A stretch of DNA of 64,000 bases from Lytechinus pictus (lineage: Eukaryota), in NCBI RefSeq assembly GCF_037042905.1, contig NC_087251.1, forward strand, positions 13,208,001-13,272,000. The letters run 5' to 3'. A model generated the notes under the pieces. It saw only the letters and a program-made list of their open reading frames with translations. It did not search any database and had not been told where the DNA came from. Made by a program: the position numbers and the translations under genes. How positions within the stretch are numbered: the stretch's first letter is position 1; every line of letters starts with the position of its first letter. Positions 26,421-38,700 of this stretch are shown here, one piece after another.

Positions 26421-28034
26421 AGGGGAATCCAGCCTTGGCCATAAAATGTTGTGTTGGGAAGGAGAAAAATAAATTAAACAGAATGGAGAAGGTTTGAAAG
26501 AAATCGGACGAGCAATAGGAAAGTTGTAGCTGCTTTAAAATTGAGATCACTAATACTATATAGATTTCAAATTGGCAACTGGGTAAGTAAGTTATGACAA
26601 GGGGCAAGGACAACTTTCCCACAGGGCATGTACTTTATTATCAGTGATTTGTGGTTTTCTCCTAAGTACCCATTCCCCTGGGGCAGTAATCTAATTATAA
26701 CCCAGGTAGTATATTGTTTTATGTCCTCGTGAAAGAAAAATATAATTTGAAATGAAACTTTTGGGAAAAATGACATTTTAGCCATAATATGTATTGAAGT
26801 ACATGGAAGAGTAGTCCTTGCCTTACATCACTATGACATCCCATATGCTGCCAATTTGAAGTCTCCATGGGTATAGCAAGGCTCCACATTAACTTTTTTT
26901 GGTGGTGGCCCGTTCGGGCCACCAAAACCTTCAAATAATTTTTTTTGGTGGCCCGATATTAAAGTTTGGTGGCCCGAAAAATATAAAGAAAAACATTAAA
27001 AATGAATAAATGGGTATAAATGGTTTAACCACTGTCAAAAAAAATGAAAGAAAATAATAAAACGGCAAAAAAAGTGTGAGAAAATTCCTTCCCTAAATTT
27101 GCCAAAATGTTGGAAAAATTCACATTTCATATTTAAATGAAATGCCTTCCCAAAGTATTTACTTTCTCAAGAGTTGTTTAAGAAGTCATTTATAAACAAG
27201 AAAGAAAGTAACTGTCTGTTTATTTTTGGCTAGAAAAGACCGGAAAAGACACAGCTTCGAAAGAAACCAAGTAACAACATACATACAAATGCACATGTGG
27301 GACTGTAATGTACTCACCTATGTGTTTTTATGTGTATTATTTTCATTTGGAAATCGGTCTTTTTGAGTCAAAAGAGAGGTCATGATTCCTCTTTTTAATG
27401 CTTGCAAATAATCAGGATACACCAGATATTAGCAAAAAGGTCTGTAGAAGGGCATTTCATTGGTGTAAAATGTGACTTTGACTTGGATTTTCACAGTTAT
27501 GTGGAAGATTTCTTAGCAGCAACATTTCGTATTGCAGCTCCCTGAGTCTGAATAGGCTGCTAACGCACAGCTGCTTCAAGCATGCAAAGCTCACGCCAGC
27601 CGGCCGGCACGGCCGGCTGGATAAAAGCTACTTAATGCTATAGCGGTAGGCCAACTTTGTGTGTGTGTTTGTGTGTAGATCAACAAAAAGGGCGCATGAC
27701 GAACTGGCTTGCAATTTGAACTGTAGAAAGTTGATAAATGCGTGCAAAATGGGGAGAAAAATTGCGCTATTCTGAAAATTATTGGTTGCCCGATTCGGGC
27801 CACCAAAACTTAATATTTTTTCAATAATGGTTGCCCGAGGTGAATTTCTGGTGGCCCCGGGCCACCGCTAATGTCGAGCCTTGGGTATAGTGATTATCAA
27901 GACAATATATACAACTTTTAAAAGTTCATGGCTTTCTTGTTGTTTGTCCGATATTGTTCAAACTTTCACCTATCAACTTGTCTGATTTTTCTTTTCCTTA
28001 TAAAAACAAGTTTTTATTTGGGTTGGATTCCCCT
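26421..28034. mobile_element. Non-autonomous DNA transposon with TTAA target duplication (Kolobok-like), carrying a nested element
   Basis: TTAA|AGGGGAATCCAGCC ... GGTTGGATTCCCCT|TTAA. Confidence 0.8.
26877..27883. mobile_element. Non-autonomous CA...TG DNA transposon (hAT- or P-like) nested in the TTAA element
   Basis: TIRs CAAGGCTCCACATTA / TAATGTCGAGCCTTG, subterminal GGTGGCCCG repeats at both ends, and a GGTATAG duplication on both sides. Confidence 0.8.
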
Positions 28035-28725
28035 TTAATACACATAAACATATGGCCATTGAGTCCCCTGTACAGATCGCGCTAGAACTAGAACTTCGGT
28101 CTCTGTATTTGGTGAGTGAAGCCAACGGAGTTCAGCTGAACAACCAACATAACAGAGACCGAAGCTTTTGGTCTAGCTTTGAAGCTGCTGAAAGGGATTA
28201 CTCTTCGAAGTTCAACTTGGTTAAACTTAAAGGGAGCTTCCTCCCAACTACGATTTCCGAACCACCGCACGGTACCGTACTGGTAGGCTACCTGCGCCGG
28301 CCCGGAGCTCCTGGCACAAGCTCCCTTGGGCTTGGGATCACGCTCGCGCTTGCGGGCGGCTGCCTGAGGGAAGACGTGCATCGATCGCGCAGTCACATTA
28401 TCCAATTATCATTACTTCTCACATATTAACAGGACTTACAGAAAATAAATCATTTCATAAAAATACAACTAGTTCATTTCTATAACTGAGAGACTCGGTT
28501 AATTCAAGTTTTACTCACTTTTGTCTTTTCCCGTTTAAAGTGGCCGCCAAATTCCTGAAATCAGAGTCAGAAGTTTTAATTTTGTGTTCGATAATGTTAT
28601 GGGGTTTGAGAGGAAGCCAATATCATTTCGTTTCTTTAAAAAAGTCGGAAGTTCTAAAAAAAAATTGACAAAAATGAAAATTAACTCTTTCGTAAAAAAA
28701 ATATCAACTTATTATATAGATCTAC

Positions 28726-29015
28726 CAGGGGCGGATCCAGCTTTTTATAAAGGGGGGGTTGGGGTGGTATGCGAGGGAGCGTAGCGACCGAGTCCAAGCG
28801 AGCGGAGCGAGCGAGGGGGGAGGGTGTGGGAGGGGGGTGTCCCCCCTCCCACAGTAGGGAAATTTTTTGAAAATCTGTGTGTGAAAATGGCGTTTTCTTG
28901 CATCTAATAAAATTACAAGTAAAAAAAAAGATAAGATTTAAAAAATGGTCCCCGGATTTTTTTTTTTTTGGGGGGGGTTGCAACCCCCCTAACCCCCCCT
29001 CTAGATCCGCTTCTG
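28726..29015. mobile_element. MITE, CAGGGGCGGATC family
   Basis: TIRs CAGGGGCGGATCCAG / CTAGATCCGCTTCTG with GATCTAC duplicated on both sides. A related right end lies at ~33600-33645. Confidence 0.8.
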
Positions 29016-29919
29016 GATCTACCGTCTACGTAATATATTTCTTATTTTGGGCAAACAGTAATTAGGTATACTGTTTTGTTTGCAATCAATAAAACATACG
29101 AATTAAAAAAAATAACAGAACAATTTAAATTTCAACGTATGAATTCGGCCTGGCTTGAACCGCTAAACCGCGTCAGCTAGTAGGGTTTTATGATCATTTT
29201 TTGTTGTTGATTGTTTTATTGGAAAATTATAGATTTCAAAACGAATACTCCAATTCATATTAAACCTTTGATCACCCTCGGAAAGATTGATATCCCCGGA
29301 GGAGTGATTTGAAACACTCGAATAGAACCGATGAGCACATGAAAAAATAAAGCGTCGTTTAAAGCCTGTCACTCTAACAAGTTATTTAAACTTGTTTTTA
29401 ATTGTTTAAAAAGTTTTAAAAACTTGTTTAAAAAGTTTAAACAGTTGTTTACAAAGTTTAAACAGTAGTTGTTAGTTAGAGTGATGGGCTTATTCAATTT
29501 ACGTGCTTACAATCTTAAACAGCGTTTGTACAGTGAGGGTCTAGTATACACCAGTCACATTTTCTCTACGGCGGCCGTACCTATACGTGATGGCTATGTA
29601 AATAGGTGGTTTGAATAAAAATGAATAAAACGGCCGTTTTAGACTCTCCGTATAGTATAGCGGCTGTAGAGCAAATTTGAGTGAGGTATAAATATTGTAG
29701 GCCCATAAGGCCTACATGTATAGCTCTCTGGATTGACACCATAATTATGGTGGGACAGTGCCTATACCATTTTTTTTAAATCTCATACAATTCTCTTCTT
29801 TTTTGGGGGGAAGGGGTAGGCGTAGGGGTATCTGGAAGTTGTGCGTTAAGTGCACAAAATATATTCATTATTATAAATATATACATTCTTAAAAATTCAT
29901 AATAAGTCATAGTTATTAG

Positions 29920-31110
29920 TTTTTGTCTCGCTTGCATAGCAGAGCGAGACTATAGGCGCCGCTTTTCCGACGGCGACGGCGGCGGCGGCGTCAACATCAA
30001 ATCTTAACCTAAGGTTAAGTTTTTGAAATTACATCATAACTTAGAAATTATATATGGACCTAGTTCATGAAACTTGAACATAAGGTTAATCAAGTATTAC
30101 TTAATATCCTGCCCGAGTTTCAGGTCACATGACCAAGGTCAAAGGTCATTTAGGGTCAATGAACTTAGACCATGTTAGGAGAATTATTTTCAAAATCTTA
30201 ACCGAAGGTTAAGTTTTTGAAATGACATCATAACTTAGAAAGTATATGGACCTAGTTTATGAAACTTGGGCATAAGGTCAATCAAGTATTAGTGAAGATC
30301 CTGCTTGAGTTTCAGGTCACGTGACCAAGATCAAAGGTCATTTAGGGTCAATGAACTTTGGTCAAGTTGGGGGTATTTGTTGAATTACTATCATAACTTT
30401 GAACATTTATGGATCTAGTTCATGAAACTTGGACATAAGGTTAATCAAGTATTAGTGAACATCCTGCCTGAGTTTCAGGTCACATGACCATGGTCAATGG
30501 TCATTTAAGGTCAATGAACTTTGGCCATGTTGGGGGTATTTGTTAAATTACCATCCTAACTCTGAAAGTTTATGGATCTAGTTCATAAAACTTGGACATA
30601 AGAGTAATCAAGTATCACTGAGCATCCTGTACGAGTTTCAGGTCACATGATCATGGTCAAAGGTCATTAAAGGTCAATGAACTTTGGCCATGTTAGGGGT
30701 ATTTGTTGAATTACCATCCTAACTCTGAAAGTTTATGGATCTAGTTCATAAAACTTGGGATATGAGAGTAATCAAGTATCACTGAACATCCCCTGGGAGT
30801 TTCAGGTCACAAAACCAAGGTCAAAGGTCAGTTAAGGTCAATAAACTTAGGCCATGTTGGGGTAATTGTTGAATTGCCATCATAACTTTGAAAGTTTATG
30901 GATAGAGTGAATAAAATGTGGACATGGGTGTAGTTGACAAGTCTTAAGTCACCGTTCAAATGTCATTTATGGTCAATGAACGTGGTATTATGTCATTAAA
31001 TGAATGGTGTTTTTGTGAATGATTATTTTATAGTATAGTTTTCAAAGTTAGCACTGCTGCGATATTAAATCGCGTAATGCAGGCGAGACTGCCAGAGGCG
31101 TTCCACTTGT
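29920..31110 (+). mobile_element. Helentron-associated (HINE/DINE-like) non-autonomous element with about 5.5 internal ~163-bp tandem repeats
   Basis: 5' end TTTTTGTCTCGCTTGCAT..GCGAGAC followed by a (CGG)n microsatellite, 3' subterminal inverted copy ATGCAGGCGAGAC, T-rich flanks. Repeat units start at ~30032, 30226, 30389, 30552, 30715 and 30878. Confidence 0.7.
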
Positions 31111-32708
31111 TTTCTTTATTGTTGCATAATTAAAAGACATTAAGAAAAAATATCAAAGATGCAATGATCAAAGCAAAATCAGCACGTCAAAATAACAATT
31201 TTCATCAACATCAGAAATTGATTAAACAATGACAAAAAGGTTTGTAGTGGGATGATGACTTGTCATGTTTGATGTCGAGATATTTCATCTTAGCACTCAA
31301 AACAAATTTACATAATGCATGTATAACAGATACATTTACAAAATTATCATAACATGTCTTTGTAATGAAAAAAGTCAACAAAATATTCATAAGTTTCAAA
31401 CAATAATATAAGTTTCACGACAAAGAATTTTTGTAGACTTTTCTACACAAATATAATATATACTGCAAAGTCTTTATTCATATATTATTTATACAATTTT
31501 TTATTTGTTTCTATATGTTTATATTAATTTATTTTATCTCTTTTAAGGGGAATACAAGCTACAAGCATTGCTTCTCATAATTTCCCTCCATTTTCAATAT
31601 TTTGTATTGTATTGTATGAACTAATGAATGAATATTTTTCAACAATTACATTATTCATGAAAATTTTGCAAATATCTGTTATATGCTGTATACATGATAA
31701 AGAATAAAATGAATAATAAAATGAAGGAAAATTGTTTTTGTGTATATTTCATCTTTTTTATTATGTCATATGCCTTTACATTATATACCTGTATATAATA
31801 CATTTATTACTCGTTTATATGTTAATTTATGTATTCATTTATCTATTCATTGACTGATTTATCTATTCTCTGTTTAGAGGGGAATGGAAACTAAAAACTT
31901 TGCTTCTCAGCATTCCCCTCAATTTTCAACATTTTTGGGGCATAATCGAAGAATCAATATATAGATCATCGTAAATATAAAAATACTGAAAGAGGAAAAT
32001 CAATGAATTTAGTTTAATTGAATATGTATGCACTGTATTATAAATTAATTATGTTGCCTAATTTTTATTAAATTATGTAGGTCTATAAATGAGATGATCT
32101 ATACTTATTGATGTGTTATCACTCGGGAACTATTAAGGTAGGTAAGGGTTGATATTCTTGTATAAAAATAATACACTAATTATAATTTCATTTTACACAG
32201 TTATGTTATCACGGGCTTTTCAGGGAAGGCTATATACCAAGAATGAAAAGGCATAAAATATAACATTGTTTATGGTAACCAATCAAAATCAGAATTAACC
32301 AGAATCTTTGTAAATAAAGGATTAATTTAGGTGTTCAAAATGATATTAGGTGAATGCCTGCAATAAATTGACACCTTTAGATTCAATAAGTAATGGTGTA
32401 GTCTTTAATATATAGAGACAATTAAGTACATACTATAACAAGCTGGATAGGGCCTATCATTATCAAGTCATTGGTTACGGCCCTATAATTATTTCCCCTA
32501 AATGGCAAACTTTATCTCAGTTTTGACCCTTTGACACAGAAGGGAGGTATTTTACTCGAGATAATTTGCGCCTGGCTGTTGTTGGGGATTTGTTTCTTCT
32601 TTTACAATAATTGCTACCAAGTAATAATTACAATGCTACTTTTTTAAATTCTGCTATATAATTTCTTATTTATAAAATGGACTAGAGATTTGAGAGAAAT
32701 TAAACACT

Positions 32709-35700
32709 TTATCGACCACTGATCAAAATGACAGACACTACTTGAATCATTAGGAAGGCCAAAGGTAGGACATCGACGATTGTTTTGGCTCCACTAAAGG
32801 GCGGATCAGGCTGATGTCTTCTGTATGGAACGCAGTAAGGGCTGTCTGTGTATCGAGCACACTGCAGCCACATGATGTCTCTGGGAAAATGAAAAGAAAT
32901 CAATTGAAAAAGTTTTGTTCAGAATTCACCTTACACTTCACCTGATCATAGTTTTCTTAACCCTAATAAGACTTGGGGTGATTCAGCAAGCCTCCCCCCC
33001 CCCCAACATTTTTCGCGATAAATCCGCTGTGAAATTTTGTTTGAACGCGTCGCTGTCTGACTTTTTATACTTTGAAGTCTTTTGAGACCAAAATTGCGAC
33101 CCCTGCCCCGGGTACGCGGTTCCAAAATTACGCAAGATTTCGTAAGTGCATGCAGACCCAAAATTGCTCAAAAACGAGTATTCGAGTACAAATCCAATGC
33201 AAATAGTATTTGAGCCAAAATTTATAAATGTATCAATATTTTTTCTTTCACTGATTAAAATCGATTACTTTCATCTTGTTTATGGTCAAAATGAAGTCCC
33301 CGACAATATCCATTAAAAAACACTAAAAAACAAAAAGTAGAAAAACAAAGAAATACATTTAGAAAACAATAAAATACATAAGAAAATAAATGTGATGTTG
33401 ATTTTTTTACAATACATTTGATCAGATTCCTATAAAGAGTCTGAACCAAAAATTAGCATGCTCTCTAGGGCATTATTTAGTTAATTGGAGCAAAATTATG
33501 ATTTTACACATAACTTTTAGCATAATTTTTTACCAATGAGATTTTTCGGAGAAATGGATCATATAGTTACATTACAAATTTTTTATTTTGCTTCTAAAAG
33601 GGGGGGGGGGCATGTGCCCCCTGTGCCCCCCTGGATCCGCGCCTGAGTAGAAGGCGTAATTCCATGTATTAAAAGCAAAAGTTTGTGGCGGGGTACGCCT
33701 GCATGTGACACAAATTCAAAAAGAAAAGGCTGAGAGAAGAAAGAGAAGGGATCCAGAGAGGGAGAAATGAAAGGGAAAGTGGAAAACTACTAAAATAGTT
33801 TTTAAAAGAATGTAATGAAGTGAATCATCTCAACAATTTTTCTTTCAGAATATCTTACTCTGGATCTTCTTCACATGTATTGTTGAGACCCAAGTTGTCT
33901 AAGATTCCTCTCAAATATGCCACAGTACCGTTAGTACAGGTCTCACGTACCCTGTAAAACAATGTATGTAATCAAATGACAATTAAGAAACTTTTGGAAT
34001 GCTTCAGTGTTATTTCAATAACACGAATGAACCTTGGCTATTTTTCATTTTTAGCAAGCTGCAGCAACATCGATTTATTGATATATTAATAATTATCTTC
34101 TAGCAAGTCAGAGATTCTGATCTCTTTACCGTCGGTTTCAGTCCTTCGATTGATTTTTTTCCTGCTCATTCCTGCGTTTGCACTTCACTCTTAGTAAGTA
34201 CTAGTCGCAAAAACGACCTTGTTCTCAACGCCATCACTGAACACTTTGAGATATGTTAGAGTTAGATAGAGAAGGGGGTGATTAAGGCATCGGTTTCAAA
34301 ATCAATCAATCCGATGAACAACAGGATATTTAACAAGGTGTGATTTCATCACCTGCTTGTACCGTTTTATTCACTCAAAAAAAAAAGTTCCTGCAGCAGA
34401 GTCTGATCGAGAACACTTATCGTGTAAAAATACAGGAAATTGGTATTTGGTGTATGGAACCTTACAAATTTCCTGAAATAAAACACCCTTTTTTTAAACA
34501 GATCTCTTCTGTTAAATTTTTGAAAAGTTCCTGTTTAAAGAATTTACAAAATTGCTTTCTGCAAATTTATGTTTCTTTTTTTTTTGGTGTAAAATCTGGG
34601 GTTTTTAACAGTGTTGGCTTAAAAATCACTGAAGGTAATGTACTACGTAGAAATCGTACTTGTTGAGGGGTCTGTGAATTCACACACACACACAAAAATG
34701 CATAATTCGTATATTTTATGAACTTGTTACGGTTGCCATGATTGTTTTGGGGAAAATTAATTGTAAGAAAAGTGGTCTACGCATAATATTTATTTGGGGA
34801 ATGAGGTCGTTTGGCATAGTCATTTTAATAACTGTTTCAATAAACTTTTTGTAAATCTCTAATAATCATCAAAATCCGTAATTGTCTGTCCCTTAAATCT
34901 TGTAACTGTTTATTACAATTTTAGTATTAGTCAGCAACTTTGAGTATCACCCCATTCATTAAAAAACAAAATTTCCTTTTAAATAAGGTGAATGTCTGAC
35001 CTTACCGATTGTTTGGAGTCGGAAGTGTAAAGTCCGGGATGAGGTAGATGGCAATGTTTGTAACCTTGGTACGGTCAAATGCAGGTACTTCAATGCGGGC
35101 AAATGTACTAAAGAGAAAAAATGGAACATGGTGGCAAATTGGTTTAAACAGTTAACAATACCATAATTTTGACGGCTCCTCGCAGTGATATTGAAGACGA
35201 AAAATATTGAAAGTTTTGAAAAATAAAGTGATAACAAGATACAATTATCGGCAAGACCAAAATAGAAAAAATAAATAAAATAGACAAGAAAAATGTAAGA
35301 AAAAATGAGTCATATTCTATGGTAATTATATATACATGTATATATATTTTTTCTTTTCTTATTTTGGAAATCGTTTTATAAGATTGTGGTTCGAAACTAA
35401 TCCAAACTAACATGGAAAGTAATGAGATTTTTATAACTAATTTCGGATGGGTTCATCAAGTCAACACTCGATCAATAATCTAATTACTGTTGGTCACGAT
35501 TCCTAGATAGTGTAAATGTAGATCATCCTTATCAAGACCAATTTAATTTAATTTATTTGTTTCTTTGTTTAGTTTTGTTCATGCATGTCTATTGTAATTA
35601 TACCAGTGGAAAAAAATTATTTGTAATCATCATGTTTGTGAAGACAAAATAAAATGTCTTGTATCTTGTAATTCAACTATATTTCTTATCGGTGCCTGTG

Positions 35701-38700
35701 GGATAACGGAAATGGGTGTTGTACGATAGGCCTATACAGATCAAAAATAAATATTATACATACCTCCAACCTTCGAAATATCTTGTTCGCGCGTAAATTA
35801 GAATATCGGGTTTGTCGTCGTTTGAACCATAATCATAAAGTTATTTTCAAAATACTTTTTAAGTACACTTAACATACACCCACCTATTCACAATTCTGAA
35901 TCATGGTCTCACTGAAACACTAAAAGGGTAATACGCAAATGCATCCGAACATCTTTTAGAAGAGTAAATATTGAGGTTTATGGATTTATGTCCTTTCTTT
36001 CCTTTTTAATTGTTAACATATCTACATGGTGATCAATTACATAAAATTCAATGAGTACCAGTAAGGAATAAAAATATGCAATGATGAATTACATCACTAT
36101 AGAATAAAGTAAGCAAGAGCTGCATTCCTTTACTGAGCAAAATCAAATGTTCTAAATAAATTTATTTCGGTTATCTTACTGTCATTGATTATTTTAAAGT
36201 AATATCTGACGAGTTGATCTGTCGATGGGTTCACCTTATACTTTAAAGAATGTGACAGACATTGCACCTCATTTAATTGTAAACAAATGACATTTTTAAG
36301 AAGAATGTCCTTTTTTGTTTGGGAACCGATTTTTTTTTCCAAGGAATAGGCATTAGGTAAAACAGTACCGTTTGATTGATTGGCTTAATTCAGCTTGATT
36401 GACACTATAATTACCGTAATGGGTTAATAAGAGGGTAATTATGATAATGAGTGTCATTTCATCTACAGAAATGGGTAAAAAGACTTTGGAGTATAATATA
36501 CGCAGCAATGATTAGGCCTACTACCCATCCCTTTGTTATGGTAACAAACCTAACATGTATGTCGAATAATATTACCTTTCGAGATGGTACGCCCCTCGAT
36601 CTCTTTGAGCATTCAGAACAACATATACCTCACCACTAGCTTGTCTTGTAAACTGTATAAATAAAATTTCAAAGCCAAGTAAAATATAGAGTTGCAACAA
36701 ATTATGTATCAGAGCCCTGTTATAATCAAAATTATGATGGTTGTCTCAGTTTGGAAAATGTATACTTGAAACGTTGGTGTTAATAAACTAAGCAATCAAG
36801 AGGCATTTGTGGCGGTAATTTTAGTGCGGGCAGAGTTGGGAACAGACCCATTATAGTCCCAATATTTTTAAAAGCTGTTAAAATGTCTACCTCTAGTCTT
36901 CACGACTGGTTCATCAGTTTAGAATTGATGGACTGGCATGAATGTAACTAAAAAGAAGTAAGTCTAGACCCTGAAAGCAATTGGCGCATAAATAGGGGGG
37001 GGGGGCGGTATGGGGCATATGGGGAGTTCCACGACAAAGAAATAAAGAGAAAACAAAAAAAATGGAAAGGAAAAGGGTGAAATATCATATTATTTTCTTC
37101 TTAATATATTGTCAAATCGTGGAGCTAAAAGAGGAATATCCATGGTCGAACTTTATAAAATAAAATAGAATGTTTTCTTACAAAATGCCAAAATATACTA
37201 CTCAAAAAAAGTTAAGGACCACTTTTTAAAACGTACATAAAGATTTTATACAAGGTGTTTTATTTCTGGAAATACCTCAGTACAACTGTCCTAAATGTCC
37301 TTAAACACGCTGTAATCAATTTCACGCATGGGTGGTTTCAGTTGTTGCACAATGTCTCTCGCATCACTGCACATCCTGAAAAGTGGTAAAAACGAATGTC
37401 TGAGTGTCTTTCAGGCAGTTCAGTAACGAGTGTGACCACCTCCTGCAGCAATAACGGCTTCACAGCGCTGTCTCATGGAGCTGATGAGGCGATTGATGTC
37501 TCTGACGTCCAGTGCATCCCATGCAGCCTCCAGAGCCACACCCAGCTGCTGCAGTCCAAGTGGATGGGCTTCGAGCTGCTCGAGACTCCTCCCCATCATG
37601 TCCCAGACGTGCTCTATCGGGTTTAAGTCCGGGGACCTCGCTGGCCACTCCATACGCTCAATCCCCTGGCCCTCAAGGAACTCGGTCACCACCCTAGCTC
37701 GGTGGGCACGGGCATTGTCATCCATGAAAATGATGTTTTGTCCCACATTTTCTGCAAATGGCACCACTATAGGTTCAAGGACCTCATCCCTGTACCTCAC
37801 TCCTGTCATTGCTCCCCCTGGGACCACGTAGAGACGAGTACGGTTGGCGTAGGTGATGCCTCCCCACACCATGACGCTGCCTCCCCCATAACGGTCATGT
37901 TCTGCAATACAGGGGTCTGCAAATCTCTCTCCTGGTCGCCTCCAGACTCTCGAACGTCCATCATTGTGGTCAAGGGAAAATCTGCTCTCATCTGTGAACA
38001 GAACTCTACGCCATTGCTGTCTGGTCCATCTGACATGCTCCCGGGCCAAGTTGAGACGAATTCTTCTGTGAGCAGGGGTGAGTGGGACACACTGAGCTGG
38101 CCGTCTGGCATGCATATTGGCTCTGTGAAGTCGGTTACGGATTGTTTGAGTGGAAACAATCACTCCAGTTGCTGCAGCGAAGTCATTGTTGAGGCGGCGT
38201 GCACTGTGAAAGCGGTTGCGGAGGCTGAGATTCGTCAAGTAGCGATCATCTCTAGGGGTTGTCGAAACTGGTCGGCCACTGCGGGGTCTCTTGGAGTATA
38301 GCCCTGTCTCTCGGTGTCTCTGATTTGCTCTGCTAATGACACTGTGTGACACGCCCATCATTCTGGCTACTCTTCGCTGACTGAGGCCAGCTTCCAGCAT
38401 CCCTAGGGCTCTGGCTACATCTGTTTCACTTAGGTGGTGTCTTGGCATTGCTGTTGTAGGCAAGTTGTTGATTGTACAGACTAAAGACGGAAAATGCTTT
38501 GGAAGACACTTGTCTTATGGCCCACTGCAATGATGCCAGAGACATCATGAAAGAACTGCATGTGTGAAATTGATTTCATTGTGTTTGATGGCATCCTGGA
38601 CAGCTGTATCTTGGCATTGCTGTTGTCAGCAATTTGTTGATTGTAGAGACTAAAGACAGAAAATGCATTTGAATCCACAGCCAGAGCCCTAGGGATGCTG

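Noticed and set aside
28052..28429. Overlapping 125-aa (+) and 105-aa (-) ORFs
   Set aside because: There is no recognisable domain or splice partner. The open frames are explained by local GC richness.
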